A stretch of DNA of 64,000 bases from Armatimonadota bacterium. Lineage in GTDB: Bacteria; Sysuimicrobiota; Sysuimicrobiia; Sysuimicrobiales; Kaftiobacteriaceae. The notes under the pieces were generated by a model. That model ran no database searches and was not told the origin of the DNA. It saw only the letters and a list, made by a program, of their open reading frames with translations. The stretch is taken from positions 23,615 to 87,614 of the forward strand of contig JBBIUY010000008.1 in the NCBI GenBank assembly GCA_037440005.1. The letters run 5' to 3'. Position 1 is the stretch's first letter, and each line of letters opens with the position of its first letter. The translations under genes were made by a program, and so were the position numbers. Shown in pieces: positions 1-7,392 of this stretch.

Positions 1-725
1 TTGTCCTCGCTGCGGAAGGCGCCCACCTGCACCCGCCAGACCGGCGGAACCCGCAGGACGCCGCGGCGCTCCACCCACACGTCCACCCCTCCGGCCGCCA
101 GGGTGTAGCGCAGCCGCAGCCCCCGCTCCACCGCCAGCAGGGCGCCGCCCACCAGGCTCGCGGCTTCCCCTCGGGTGAGGGCGGCGGATGGACGGAACTG
201 CAGGGCGGGAGGTTCCCGCAGCAGCGGAGGATCGGTCCGCGCCGCGACGGCGATCGCCCCGCGCACGGACGCCGGCAGGTCGGCCACGTCGTCGTAGTGG
301 GGAGGATCGTCGGCCAGGGCGAGGGCCTCGAAGGAGTACCCCAGGGCGGACACCACCTGGGCCACCGCGTCCGCCCGCGTCTGGGGCGCGTCCGGGGCGA
401 ACACCGCCGTCCGGGAGATCAGTCCGTAGGCGGCGGCCGCCTCCACGTACGGCGCCAGTGGGTGGGTGGCTGGAACGTCCGGCAGCAGGGTCGAGGACGG
501 GCGCAGCGGAATCCGCAGAGCCCGCACCAGCCACGCGGTGAACTCGGCGCGGGTGAGGGGCTCGTCGGGGCGGAACAGGCCGGCGGCGAGGTCGGCGACG
601 CCGCGCTGCACCAGCAGCAGGATCCGATCCTCGGCCCAGTGGCCGGCCGCGTCGGCCGCCGCAGGTTGCGCCCGCGCGGCCAGGGGCAGCACGGCGACGA
701 TGAGGACGCACGCCGCGACACGCAT
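1..725 (-). CDS. Secreted S-layer homology (SLH) domain protein with start of a SPOR domain (3' end outside window)
   Basis: Not in the ORF track; translated manually from ATG at 725: signal peptide MRVAACVLIVAVLPLAARAQ, SLH-type repeats (GHWAE...FRPDEPLTRAEF; FAPDAPQTRADA; FRPSAALTRGEAA), then SPOR-like WRVQVGAFRSED at the window edge. Confidence 0.8.
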   Translation of the reverse strand, partial: MRVAACVLIVAVLPLAARAQPAAADAAGHWAEDRILLLVQRGVADLAAGLFRPDEPLTRAEFTAWLVRALRIPLRPSSTLLPDVPATHPLAPYVEAAAAYGLISRTAVFAPDAPQTRADAVAQVVSALGYSFEALALADDPPHYDDVADLPASVRGAIAVAARTDPPLLREPPALQFRPSAALTRGEAASLVGGALLAVERGLRLRYTLAAGGVDVWVERRGVLRVPPVWRVQVGAFRSED

Positions 726-813
726 CCGCCCGATCAGGTTCCCCCCTCCCCCGCGCTCTCCCTGCGAGGACCCGGGATACCGTTCGCCCCCAAATTTTGG
801 GGACGGACGCAGA

Positions 814-838
814 AGGAGAACCCAGATGTGGTGGCGAA
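814..838 (+). promoter_or_regulatory. Putative SigH-like promoter (AGGA-N18-GAA) upstream of the Lys-rich sORF
   Basis: Spacing matches the Bacillus SigH consensus; the same motif recurs in several other intergenic regions. Confidence 0.45.
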
Positions 839-921
839 CTAATGTGCGCGACGGTCACAGGACCGTCCATTCTGCGCCGGCGCCTCCGGGCGACCCGGCG
901 CCACGCGGGGGAGGGTGGTCC

Positions 922-954
922 ATGGCCAAGAAGAAGGCCAAGAAGAAGAAGTAG
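922..954 (+). CDS. 10-aa Lys-rich micropeptide MAKKKAKKKK
   Basis: ATG GCC AAG AAG AAG GCC AAG AAG AAG AAG TAG with strong SD GGGGAGG about 8 nt upstream and a terminator downstream; all Lys codons are AAG. Confidence 0.6.
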   Translation: MAKKKAKKKK

Positions 955-978
955 GACCGACCCAACGGAGGTTGGGTG

Positions 979-1016
979 AAACAAGAGACGGCGCGGTGTG
1001 CCGCCTCTTGTTTTTT
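979..1016 (+). terminator. Intrinsic terminator, probably bidirectional
   Basis: AACAAGAGaCGGCGC-ggt-GTGCCGcCTCTTGTT followed by a T-run; lies between the convergent sORF and HD-GYP gene. Confidence 0.75.
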
Positions 1017-1076
1017 GCTTCCCGCCCGGGGAGTCCGCCGACTGCCAGTCTGTCGGGGCGCGTGGGGGCGGACCGC

Positions 1077-2441
1077 TCAGGCGGCGGAGGACTGCACCAG
1101 GGCCGAGGCGTCCACGCCCGCGTCGGCGGGATCCACGCCGCCGGCGATCCACCGGTCCGCATCCGCCGACAGGTCCACCACCTCGGCCGGGTGTCCGTCG
1201 CGCACCACCTGCACCACGGGGCGGTCCGCCTGCGCCTCCGCCGGCCGGACCACCACCGCCAGCTCTCCGGTGTTGAGCTGCACCAGGCTGCCCACCGGAT
1301 ACACGCCCATCATCCGCAGGAAGATCTTGCCCACCACCGGGTCGTAGACGCTGCCCAGCCCGACGGCGATCCACTTCATCGCCAGCTCGGGGCGCAACGG
1401 GCGCTGGGTGCCCCGGCGGGCCGACGTCACCGTGTCGTAGGTGTCGGCCACGGCCACGATGCGGGAGAACAGGTGCGGCCGCACCCCGCTGGCCGGCTCC
1501 GGGTAGCCGGAGCCGTCGGCGTGCAGATGGTGTTCCAGGGCGCACACCATGGCCAGCCGGCCCAGCCCGTCCAGGTCCCGCAGGATGTTGGCCCCGTGCA
1601 GGGGGTGCCGGTCGAGGGCGGCCTGCTCGCCGGGCTCCAGGGGCCCGGCCCGGTTCAGCAGGTCGGCGGGCACCCGCACCTTCCCGATGTCGTGGAGCAG
1701 CGCGCCCATCCCCAGGGCCATCAGCGCCTCGCGGCCGAGCTCCAGCCGGGTGCCGATCAACAGGGCCAGCAGCGCCACGTTGACGGCGTGGTACGCGCTG
1801 GACTCGTCGTGGCGGCGGTCGGCCAACAGAGCCAGCAGGGCCGACCGGTTCTCCAGGACCACCTCGATGGCCGCCGAGAGGAAGATCCGCGCCCGGTGCA
1901 TGTCCAGGGGCTGGCGGCGCACCGCCTGGGCCCGGAGCTCCTGGGCCACCAGGGCCCCCGCCTGATACGCGCTGGCCGGTTCCACCTCCACGGGCATGTC
2001 GGTGGGCGGCGCGTCCCGGGGGGGCTCCACCGTCAGGTGCTGCACGCCGGCCTCCGACAGCACCGCGGCCGGTCCGCCGCGGGCGCGCACCACGGCGGTG
2101 GGGGTGGTCAGCAGCCCGACGAAGGCGTGCACCTCCTGGGCGGTCACTCCCCGGCGGACCGCAAACAGCCCCACGCCCCGCTCCAGGCAGGCGGTGAGCA
2201 GGGCGGCGTTGCGCAGGCTTTCCTCCGGCAGCATCTGGTTGTCCAGGAAGAACGTGTCCTCGTAGATCTGGAACGTGATCGCCTCGCGGTCCCGCAGCAG
2301 CAGGTCCACCAGCTGCACCAGGTCGTCCATGGCCCGCCGGACGATGGGGTGCTCGGACGGATACATGGCCCGGTGTTTGCACGCGGTGGCCAGGTACCGC
2401 AGCAGGGTGGCCGTCACCGAGGGGCTCCGCAGGCGCGTCAC
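1077..2441 (-). CDS. HD-GYP domain cyclic dinucleotide phosphodiesterase with uncharacterised N-terminal domain
   Basis: LLHDIGK, HPLHG, EHHLHADGSGYP and IVAVADTYD motifs; C-terminal GVYPVGSLVQLNTGELAVV. Confidence 0.9.
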   Translation of the reverse strand: MTRLRSPSVTATLLRYLATACKHRAMYPSEHPIVRRAMDDLVQLVDLLLRDREAITFQIYEDTFFLDNQMLPEESLRNAALLTACLERGVGLFAVRRGVTAQEVHAFVGLLTTPTAVVRARGGPAAVLSEAGVQHLTVEPPRDAPPTDMPVEVEPASAYQAGALVAQELRAQAVRRQPLDMHRARIFLSAAIEVVLENRSALLALLADRRHDESSAYHAVNVALLALLIGTRLELGREALMALGMGALLHDIGKVRVPADLLNRAGPLEPGEQAALDRHPLHGANILRDLDGLGRLAMVCALEHHLHADGSGYPEPASGVRPHLFSRIVAVADTYDTVTSARRGTQRPLRPELAMKWIAVGLGSVYDPVVGKIFLRMMGVYPVGSLVQLNTGELAVVVRPAEAQADRPVVQVVRDGHPAEVVDLSADADRWIAGGVDPADAGVDASALVQSSAA

Positions 2442-2444
2442 GGG

Positions 2445-4490
2445 CTATCCACCCCGGCCGGCCGGTCCGGCCCGCCGCAACCGGTTCAGCGCGGCGCGGG
2501 CGGCGCGGGCGACCTCGCGGTCGCGGCGGCGCAGCCGGAACGGCGAGCTCAGCCGCCGCAGGACCGGAATCGCCTCCTGCACCCCGACGGAGGCCAGCAG
2601 CTCGATGACCCGTATCCGCAGCTGCGGGCGGGGCGCCGTCTCCGGCCGGGTCAGCAGATCGGTCAGGGCGCCGGCGGCGCGCCGCACCGTCTCCGGCCGC
2701 AGGTGGCGCACGCAGGCCTCCCGGACCTCCAGGTCCGGGTCCTGCAGAAACGCCAGCAGGGCCGCCTGGCCGTCGGCGCCGGGGAGAGGTCCCAGGGCGA
2801 CCACCACGTCCCGGCGCAGCTGGGGGTCGGGGTGACGCGCCGCCGATCGCAGCGCCGCCACGGCCCGGGAGGTGCGGATGTGGACCAGCGGCGCGATGGC
2901 GGCGCGGGCGGCGGCGGCGGTGCGGTCGAGCAGGAGCGCTCCCAGCGCGTCCACGACGGCGTCTCCCATCCGGACCAGGACCGCTCCCAGCGCCTGGCGG
3001 CGGGCGGGATCGCGTTCAGAGGCGGCGGCGCGGACCAGATCGGCGCCCAGGCCCGGGCCCAGCTCGCGCAGCGCCTGCAGCACCGGGTGGTCGTCGGGCC
3101 AGGCCGTCAGGTCGCGGGCGCCGAGGCGGGACGCCATGGTGGCGACCATCCCGCGCAGTCCCGCGCGGGCGACCTCTCCCGGGCGGCCAGGAGCCCGCAG
3201 GACCGGCGCCAGGCGCCCGAGAACCGCGGCGACCACGTCGGTGGCACCGCGCTCCAGCAGGGCGTCCACGTCGGCGGCCAGGGCGGCCAGGGTCGCCTCC
3301 AGTTCCTGGGGGTCGTCCTCCCCCCGGGCCAGGCGCGCCAGGGCCAGCGCGTGCTCCCGCAGGACCGCGTCGTCGTCCACGGACGCCTCCTCCCGCAGGG
3401 CGGCGATCTCCTCGTCGGTGACCAGGAGGCTGTCGTCGGAGACCTGGTAGTCCGAGAGGTCCTGGGGGATGTCCCGGACCCACGGCGGCAGCCGCAGTTC
3501 CTCCGGGACCGGAGGCAGGTCGAAGGTGCGCCCGGTGTGCTGGCTGACCAGGGCCAGCGCGTCGCGGGCCTTGTCGGGGTCGAAGGGGAGGCCGCGGGCC
3601 ACCTGGGCCACCTGGGGGGGAGGTTCGCCTTCCTCCAGGCACGGGATGACCATGCGGGCGATCTGCTCGCTGGTCATGGCCGCCAGCAGCGCCCGGGCCG
3701 ACAGGTCCTGGGCCGCCCGCTCCAGGACGGCCCGGTGCACGTCGCGCGAATGCGGGTCGGACAGGTCCGTGACCGCCGACGCCAGGTGCTGGAGCAGCTG
3801 CTGGGAGTCGGCGGCCGGCGTGTCGGCGATCAGCCGGTCCACCGCGGCCAGCGCCGCGTACACCCGCGCGCCCAGGGCGTGGCCTGCGGCGGCGTCGGGG
3901 AACGCCTGCCGAGTCCGCTCCACCAGGACCGACAGCAGCCGGGCGGCGTGCTGGGGTCCCGCCCGCAGCACGCCCACCAGCGCCGCCCTCTCCGCCGCGG
4001 ACAGGGAGCCGTCCAGCAGGCGGTGGTACGTCTCCAGGGAGATCTGGGCGGGGTCGTCGTCGCTCGGCCGCAGCTCCACCACCCGGGCGTGGTCGATGCG
4101 GTGGGCCACGAGCAATCCCGCGAGCCCTCCTTCCCGCAGGATGACCTCGGGGTCCATGGTCACCACGTCCAGCAGCCGGTGGGCCTCGTCCTCGGTCAGG
4201 CCCGGCAGCAGGACCAGCTGCCAGACGCCGGCCGAGTACAGCTGCAGGGCCAGGCTGTCGATGGACTCGCCTCCCTCGAACGGGCGTCCTTCCAGGATCA
4301 GGCCGTCCCGGTGGGTCTCCAGGACGAACCCTCCGTAGCGCTCGTGGAAGGAGGCCAGGGTGGCCACCAGCGCCTGCACGGTCTGGGCGCGCAGGGGGTG
4401 TCCCGCCGCGTACAGCCGGCGGGATTTCACGGCCGCGTTCAGCCGCCGCACCACCGCGGCCGCCGCCTGGGCCCGGCCCGAGACGCTCAT
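2445..4490 (-). CDS. HEAT-repeat protein with an N-terminal domain shared with the downstream HD-GYP protein
   Basis: C-terminal HEAT/PBS-lyase-like repeats (HPDPQLRRDVVVALG, LQDPDLEVREACVRHL, DREVARAARAAL); 3-bp gap to the HD-GYP gene. Confidence 0.8.
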   Translation of the reverse strand: MSVSGRAQAAAAVVRRLNAAVKSRRLYAAGHPLRAQTVQALVATLASFHERYGGFVLETHRDGLILEGRPFEGGESIDSLALQLYSAGVWQLVLLPGLTEDEAHRLLDVVTMDPEVILREGGLAGLLVAHRIDHARVVELRPSDDDPAQISLETYHRLLDGSLSAAERAALVGVLRAGPQHAARLLSVLVERTRQAFPDAAAGHALGARVYAALAAVDRLIADTPAADSQQLLQHLASAVTDLSDPHSRDVHRAVLERAAQDLSARALLAAMTSEQIARMVIPCLEEGEPPPQVAQVARGLPFDPDKARDALALVSQHTGRTFDLPPVPEELRLPPWVRDIPQDLSDYQVSDDSLLVTDEEIAALREEASVDDDAVLREHALALARLARGEDDPQELEATLAALAADVDALLERGATDVVAAVLGRLAPVLRAPGRPGEVARAGLRGMVATMASRLGARDLTAWPDDHPVLQALRELGPGLGADLVRAAASERDPARRQALGAVLVRMGDAVVDALGALLLDRTAAAARAAIAPLVHIRTSRAVAALRSAARHPDPQLRRDVVVALGPLPGADGQAALLAFLQDPDLEVREACVRHLRPETVRRAAGALTDLLTRPETAPRPQLRIRVIELLASVGVQEAIPVLRRLSSPFRLRRRDREVARAARAALNRLRRAGPAGRGG

Positions 4491-4586
4491 GGTGGAGGGT
4501 CCCCCCTGTAAGGAATGCCCGGAATCCTCCACGGAAACTCCCGGGCGGAGCCCGGGCAGGGTTTCGGCGGCCGTCCCGCCGGGCCG

Positions 4587-5393
4587 TCAGGGTGAGGGCA
4601 GGCGCCCGCGCAGGTAGATCTCCCGCAGACCGTCCTGCCGGTAGTGGTAGACGCTGATCACGTCCAGCGGGCCCCCGGGCACCGGCCCCGCGAACAGCCG
4701 GGGCTGGGCGGGGTCGCCGCCGACCCGCAGGGTCACCGTCAGGAACACCTCGTCCACCAGGCCGGCGCGCACCAGAGCGGTGGTCAGCGTCGGGCCGCCC
4801 TCGCACAGCAGCCGGCGGACTCCCCGGCCGGCCAGATGGCGCAGGGCCGCCCGCAGGTCCACGCCTCCGTCGGGGCCGGCGGGCAGGACCTCGACGGCGA
4901 CCCCCCGGGCGCGGACCCGGGCGACGTCGGCGGGGTCGGCCTGCGGCGTGGTGAGGACCAGGCGGTCGAAGTCGGCGCGGCGGAAGAACTGCTTGCCGAA
5001 CGTCTGTGGATCGAACTGACAGGTGGCGCTGAGCAGCACCGCCGGCGGGTTGGGCGGGAATCCCGCCCGCCGGCGCCGTTCCTGCAGCCAGGGGTGGGTG
5101 GTCACCACCACGTCGTCCCGGCGCAGGGTGCCGGCGCCGGAGAGGACCGCGTCGGCGTGCACCCGCAGCTGCCGGAACAGGTGGTGGTCCACCTCGGTGC
5201 CGATGGCCCACGCCGACCCGCCCACGGCCGTCTGCCCGTCCAGGGTCACGACCATGTTCAGGTACACGAAGGGCCGGTCCGGGCCGCCCGAGGGCAGCTC
5301 CAGGTCCGCGTAGACGGTCTCCAGGGGCACCGCCCGCGGATAGGGCTCGCGGGCGTGGAAGACCAGGTCCAGGTGAGACGGCAGGGACGCCAC
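4587..5393 (-). CDS. RibD C-terminal-like reductase (DHFR fold)
   Basis: RPFVYLNMVVTLDG, DAVLSGAGTLRRD and LLCEGGPTL...GLVDE motifs; start trimmed to the GTG after a GAGG SD because the ORF-track start runs through tRNA-Asp. Confidence 0.85.
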   Translation of the reverse strand: MASLPSHLDLVFHAREPYPRAVPLETVYADLELPSGGPDRPFVYLNMVVTLDGQTAVGGSAWAIGTEVDHHLFRQLRVHADAVLSGAGTLRRDDVVVTTHPWLQERRRRAGFPPNPPAVLLSATCQFDPQTFGKQFFRRADFDRLVLTTPQADPADVARVRARGVAVEVLPAGPDGGVDLRAALRHLAGRGVRRLLCEGGPTLTTALVRAGLVDEVFLTVTLRVGGDPAQPRLFAGPVPGGPLDVISVYHYRQDGLREIYLRGRLPSP

Positions 5394-5429
5394 CGCCACC
5401 TCGCCGCTGCGTGTCCGCGTGTCGTCCTC

Positions 5430-5465
5430 ATCCCTCTTCCTTCTTCCCTCTTCCCTCTTCCCTCC
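5430..5465. repeat. Degenerate heptamer tandem repeat (TTCCCTC)n
   Basis: tccctcttccttcttccctcttccctcttccctcc immediately upstream of the tRNA -10 box. Confidence 0.7.
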
Positions 5466-5467
5466 TG

Positions 5468-5473
5468 TATAAT
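5468..5473 (+). promoter_or_regulatory. -10 box of the tRNA operon promoter
   Basis: Perfect TATAAT 20 nt upstream of tRNA-Asp. Confidence 0.65.
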
Positions 5474-5493
5474 GCGCTGTGCGGGAGCGGAGC

Positions 5494-5572
5494 GGGGGCG
5501 TGGTGTAGCCTGGTTCAACACACCTGCCTGTCACGCAGGAGATCGCGGGTTCAAATCCCGTCGCTCCCGCCA
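5494..5572 (+). tRNA. tRNA-Asp (GTC)
   Basis: Cloverleaf: acceptor GGGGGCG/CGCTCCC, anticodon arm CCTGC-CT GTC AC-GCAGG, TTCAAAT T-loop, encoded CCA. Confidence 0.97.
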
Positions 5573-5573
5573 T

Positions 5574-5649
5574 GCCGGGGTAGCTCAGTTGGTAGAGCGC
5601 GGGCCTGAAGAGCCCGGCGTCGGCGGTTCAAGTCCGTCCCCCGGCACCA
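5574..5649 (+). tRNA. tRNA-Phe (GAA)
   Basis: Acceptor GCCGGGG/CCCCGGC, anticodon arm CGGGC-CT GAA GA-GCCCG, TTCAAGT T-loop, CCA end, 76 nt. Confidence 0.97.
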
Positions 5650-5697
5650 GGGCGGCCGTGACGGCGGGGTGGCGCTGACGGTCCGCCCACGGGCATC

Positions 5698-5749
5698 ACG
5701 CGATGGAGCTCGCGTAACCGCCCGCCGCGACGGGCTGATAGCTCCTACC
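5698..5749 (+). ncRNA. Fluoride riboswitch (crcB motif)
   Basis: ACGCGATGGAGCTCGCGTAACCGCCCG...CGGGCTGATAGCTCCTAC: P1 ACGCGA/TCGCGT, conserved GATGG and AACCGC, pseudoknot GGAGCT/AGCTCC, 3' CTAC. Confidence 0.9.
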
Positions 5750-5769
5750 GGAAGTCCGGTGGGAGCTTT
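5740..5769 (+). terminator. Expression-platform terminator of the fluoride riboswitch
   Basis: AGCTCCTACCGGA-AG-TCCGGTGGGAGCT-TT; its 5' arm is the pseudoknot 3' strand, so it is mutually exclusive with the ligand-bound aptamer; T-tract is short. Confidence 0.75.
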
Positions 5770-5776
5770 GCTGCTT

Positions 5777-6235
5777 ATGGGGGAATCACCGGTGACCGCA
5801 GACGTCGTCCTGACCGACGAGGACTACCGGCGGCTGTCGGCCGCCCTGCGCGTCCGGGGACGGCCGACCCCGCAGGGATTCGCCTGGCTCATCGGCGAGG
5901 GCCTCCTGCACTACCGGCGCGACCAGGAGGCCTGGGCCACCGCGTCCGACGGCCCCGACGCCCGGGAACTCCAGCGGCGAGAAGCCCGGGCCCACCTGCT
6001 TTTGATGCGGACCCGGGCGGCCGAGCTGGACGCCCGGGTCGCCGCGTTGCGGGAGACGGTGGCGGATCTGGGCCCCCGATACCGGCAGCTGCGCGCCGTC
6101 CTGTTCGCTCTGCAGCGGGAGCGTCGCGCCCTCCGGACCGCGGCCTCTTCCGCTCCGTCCGACCTGCCGCCCCGCCGTCCCGGGCTGGTGGCCCGCCTGC
6201 GAGAGGTGCTCCGCGGGGCCCGGTGGCGATGGTGA
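5777..6235 (+). CDS. Hypothetical protein: RHH-like N-terminus, coiled coil, C-terminal amphipathic helix
   Basis: First ORF after the riboswitch (start 5777 or 5792); heptad-rich middle; ends GLVARLREVLRG. Confidence 0.65.
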   Translation: MGESPVTADVVLTDEDYRRLSAALRVRGRPTPQGFAWLIGEGLLHYRRDQEAWATASDGPDARELQRREARAHLLLMRTRAAELDARVAALRETVADLGPRYRQLRAVLFALQRERRALRTAASSAPSDLPPRRPGLVARLREVLRGARWRW

Positions 6236-6651
6236 CGGTCACGGTGTCCCTGGACGCCCCGCTGTGGGAGCAGGTCGTGGTGCTGGCCCGCGCCCAGGGA
6301 TGGTCGGTGCCCGACGCGGTCCTGATCCTGCTCGGCTACGGGGCGGCCGTGCACCTCGACGAGCTGACCGACGACCCTGTGGCCGCCCTGGGAGCGGCCC
6401 GGGCGGAGCTGGCACTGCTGCGCCACCGGGCGTTCAGCGCGGGAGAGGCGGTCCGGGACCTCCAGATGACCATCACGGGGCTGACCGCGTCCATCGCCCA
6501 GGCCGAGCGGTCTCTGGCCGTTCTGCAGCCCCTGGTGGCACAGCTGCGGGCCCGCGCGGAGCCGTCCGCCGCCGCCGCCACCGGCCCGTCCGCTCGGGAC
6601 AGGCTGTGTGCCTTTCTGGCCCGCGGTCGCCCGGGGACTCCCGGGACGTGA
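6229..6651 (+). CDS. Hypothetical protein: RHH-like N-terminus, coiled coil (probable paralog of the upstream gene)
   Basis: MVTVTVSLDAPLWEQVVVLARAQGWSVPDAVLILLGYG fits a strand-helix-helix pattern; overlaps the upstream stop. Confidence 0.65.
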   Translation: MVTVTVSLDAPLWEQVVVLARAQGWSVPDAVLILLGYGAAVHLDELTDDPVAALGAARAELALLRHRAFSAGEAVRDLQMTITGLTASIAQAERSLAVLQPLVAQLRARAEPSAAAATGPSARDRLCAFLARGRPGTPGT

Positions 6652-6654
6652 CCC

Positions 6655-7380
6655 GTGTCTCCCCCGGTGCGCCGATCGTCCGCGCCGTCGGTTCCGCCCG
6701 ACGACATCACCATGGTCAAGGTGCGGGAGGCCCTGCGCCGGGGCGGCTGCCCGGTCTGCCGCGTCGCCTCCGCATCGGCGCGCCGGTACCTGTGGGGGTT
6801 CCTGTACGAGCAGGTCAACGACCCTGAGGTGCGGGACACGCTGCGGCGGTCCCGGGGCTTTTGCCGCCACCACGCCTGGATGCTCACCCAGTTTTACGAC
6901 ACCCTGGGCGTGTCCATCGTCCACCACCACCTGGTCCGGGATCTCGCCCAGGACCTGCGGGCTGTCGCCGGGGGCGCCCGCGGCCTCCGCCCGCGCGCGC
7001 CGGCGCGTACCCAGCCCTGTCCGGCCTGCCGGGTGGTGCGCCAGAGCGAGCAGAACGCGCTGGAGGCGCTGGTGCAGCGCCTGGACGACGAACAGGTCCG
7101 CGCCGGCCTGGCCGGGGACGCTCCCCTGTGCCTGCCGCACCTGCTGGCCGCGTGGGACCGTGTTCCCGACGCCGCCGCGCTGCGGCGTCTGGCCGCGCTG
7201 CAGGTGTCCGCGCTGGAGGCGCTGGGCCGGCAACTGGAGGAGTTCATCCGCAAGCAGGACTACCGCTTCCGGCACGAAGGGGTCAGCGCGCAGGAGGGGA
7301 CGGCGTGGCTGCGGGCCCTCGAGGTCCTGGCGGGAAGCGACCCGCTGGAGGACCGGCGCCCGGGCGAGCCCGGAGGGTGA
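6655..7380 (+). CDS. DUF6062-like Cys/His-rich putative metal-binding protein
   Basis: Duplicated CPxC...[F/L]CxxH modules (CPVC/GFCRHH, CPAC/LCLPH) and C-terminal FIRKQDYRF; start may be 6712. Confidence 0.75.
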   Translation: MSPPVRRSSAPSVPPDDITMVKVREALRRGGCPVCRVASASARRYLWGFLYEQVNDPEVRDTLRRSRGFCRHHAWMLTQFYDTLGVSIVHHHLVRDLAQDLRAVAGGARGLRPRAPARTQPCPACRVVRQSEQNALEALVQRLDDEQVRAGLAGDAPLCLPHLLAAWDRVPDAAALRRLAALQVSALEALGRQLEEFIRKQDYRFRHEGVSAQEGTAWLRALEVLAGSDPLEDRRPGEPGG

Positions 7381-7392
7381 GGTGATCGGTCG

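Noticed and set aside
915..4511. Very long alternative-frame ORFs (915..4511 +, 19474..22830 -, 36814..41244 -, etc.)
   Set aside because: Antisense or shadow ORFs of real genes caused by high GC codon bias; no domain motifs
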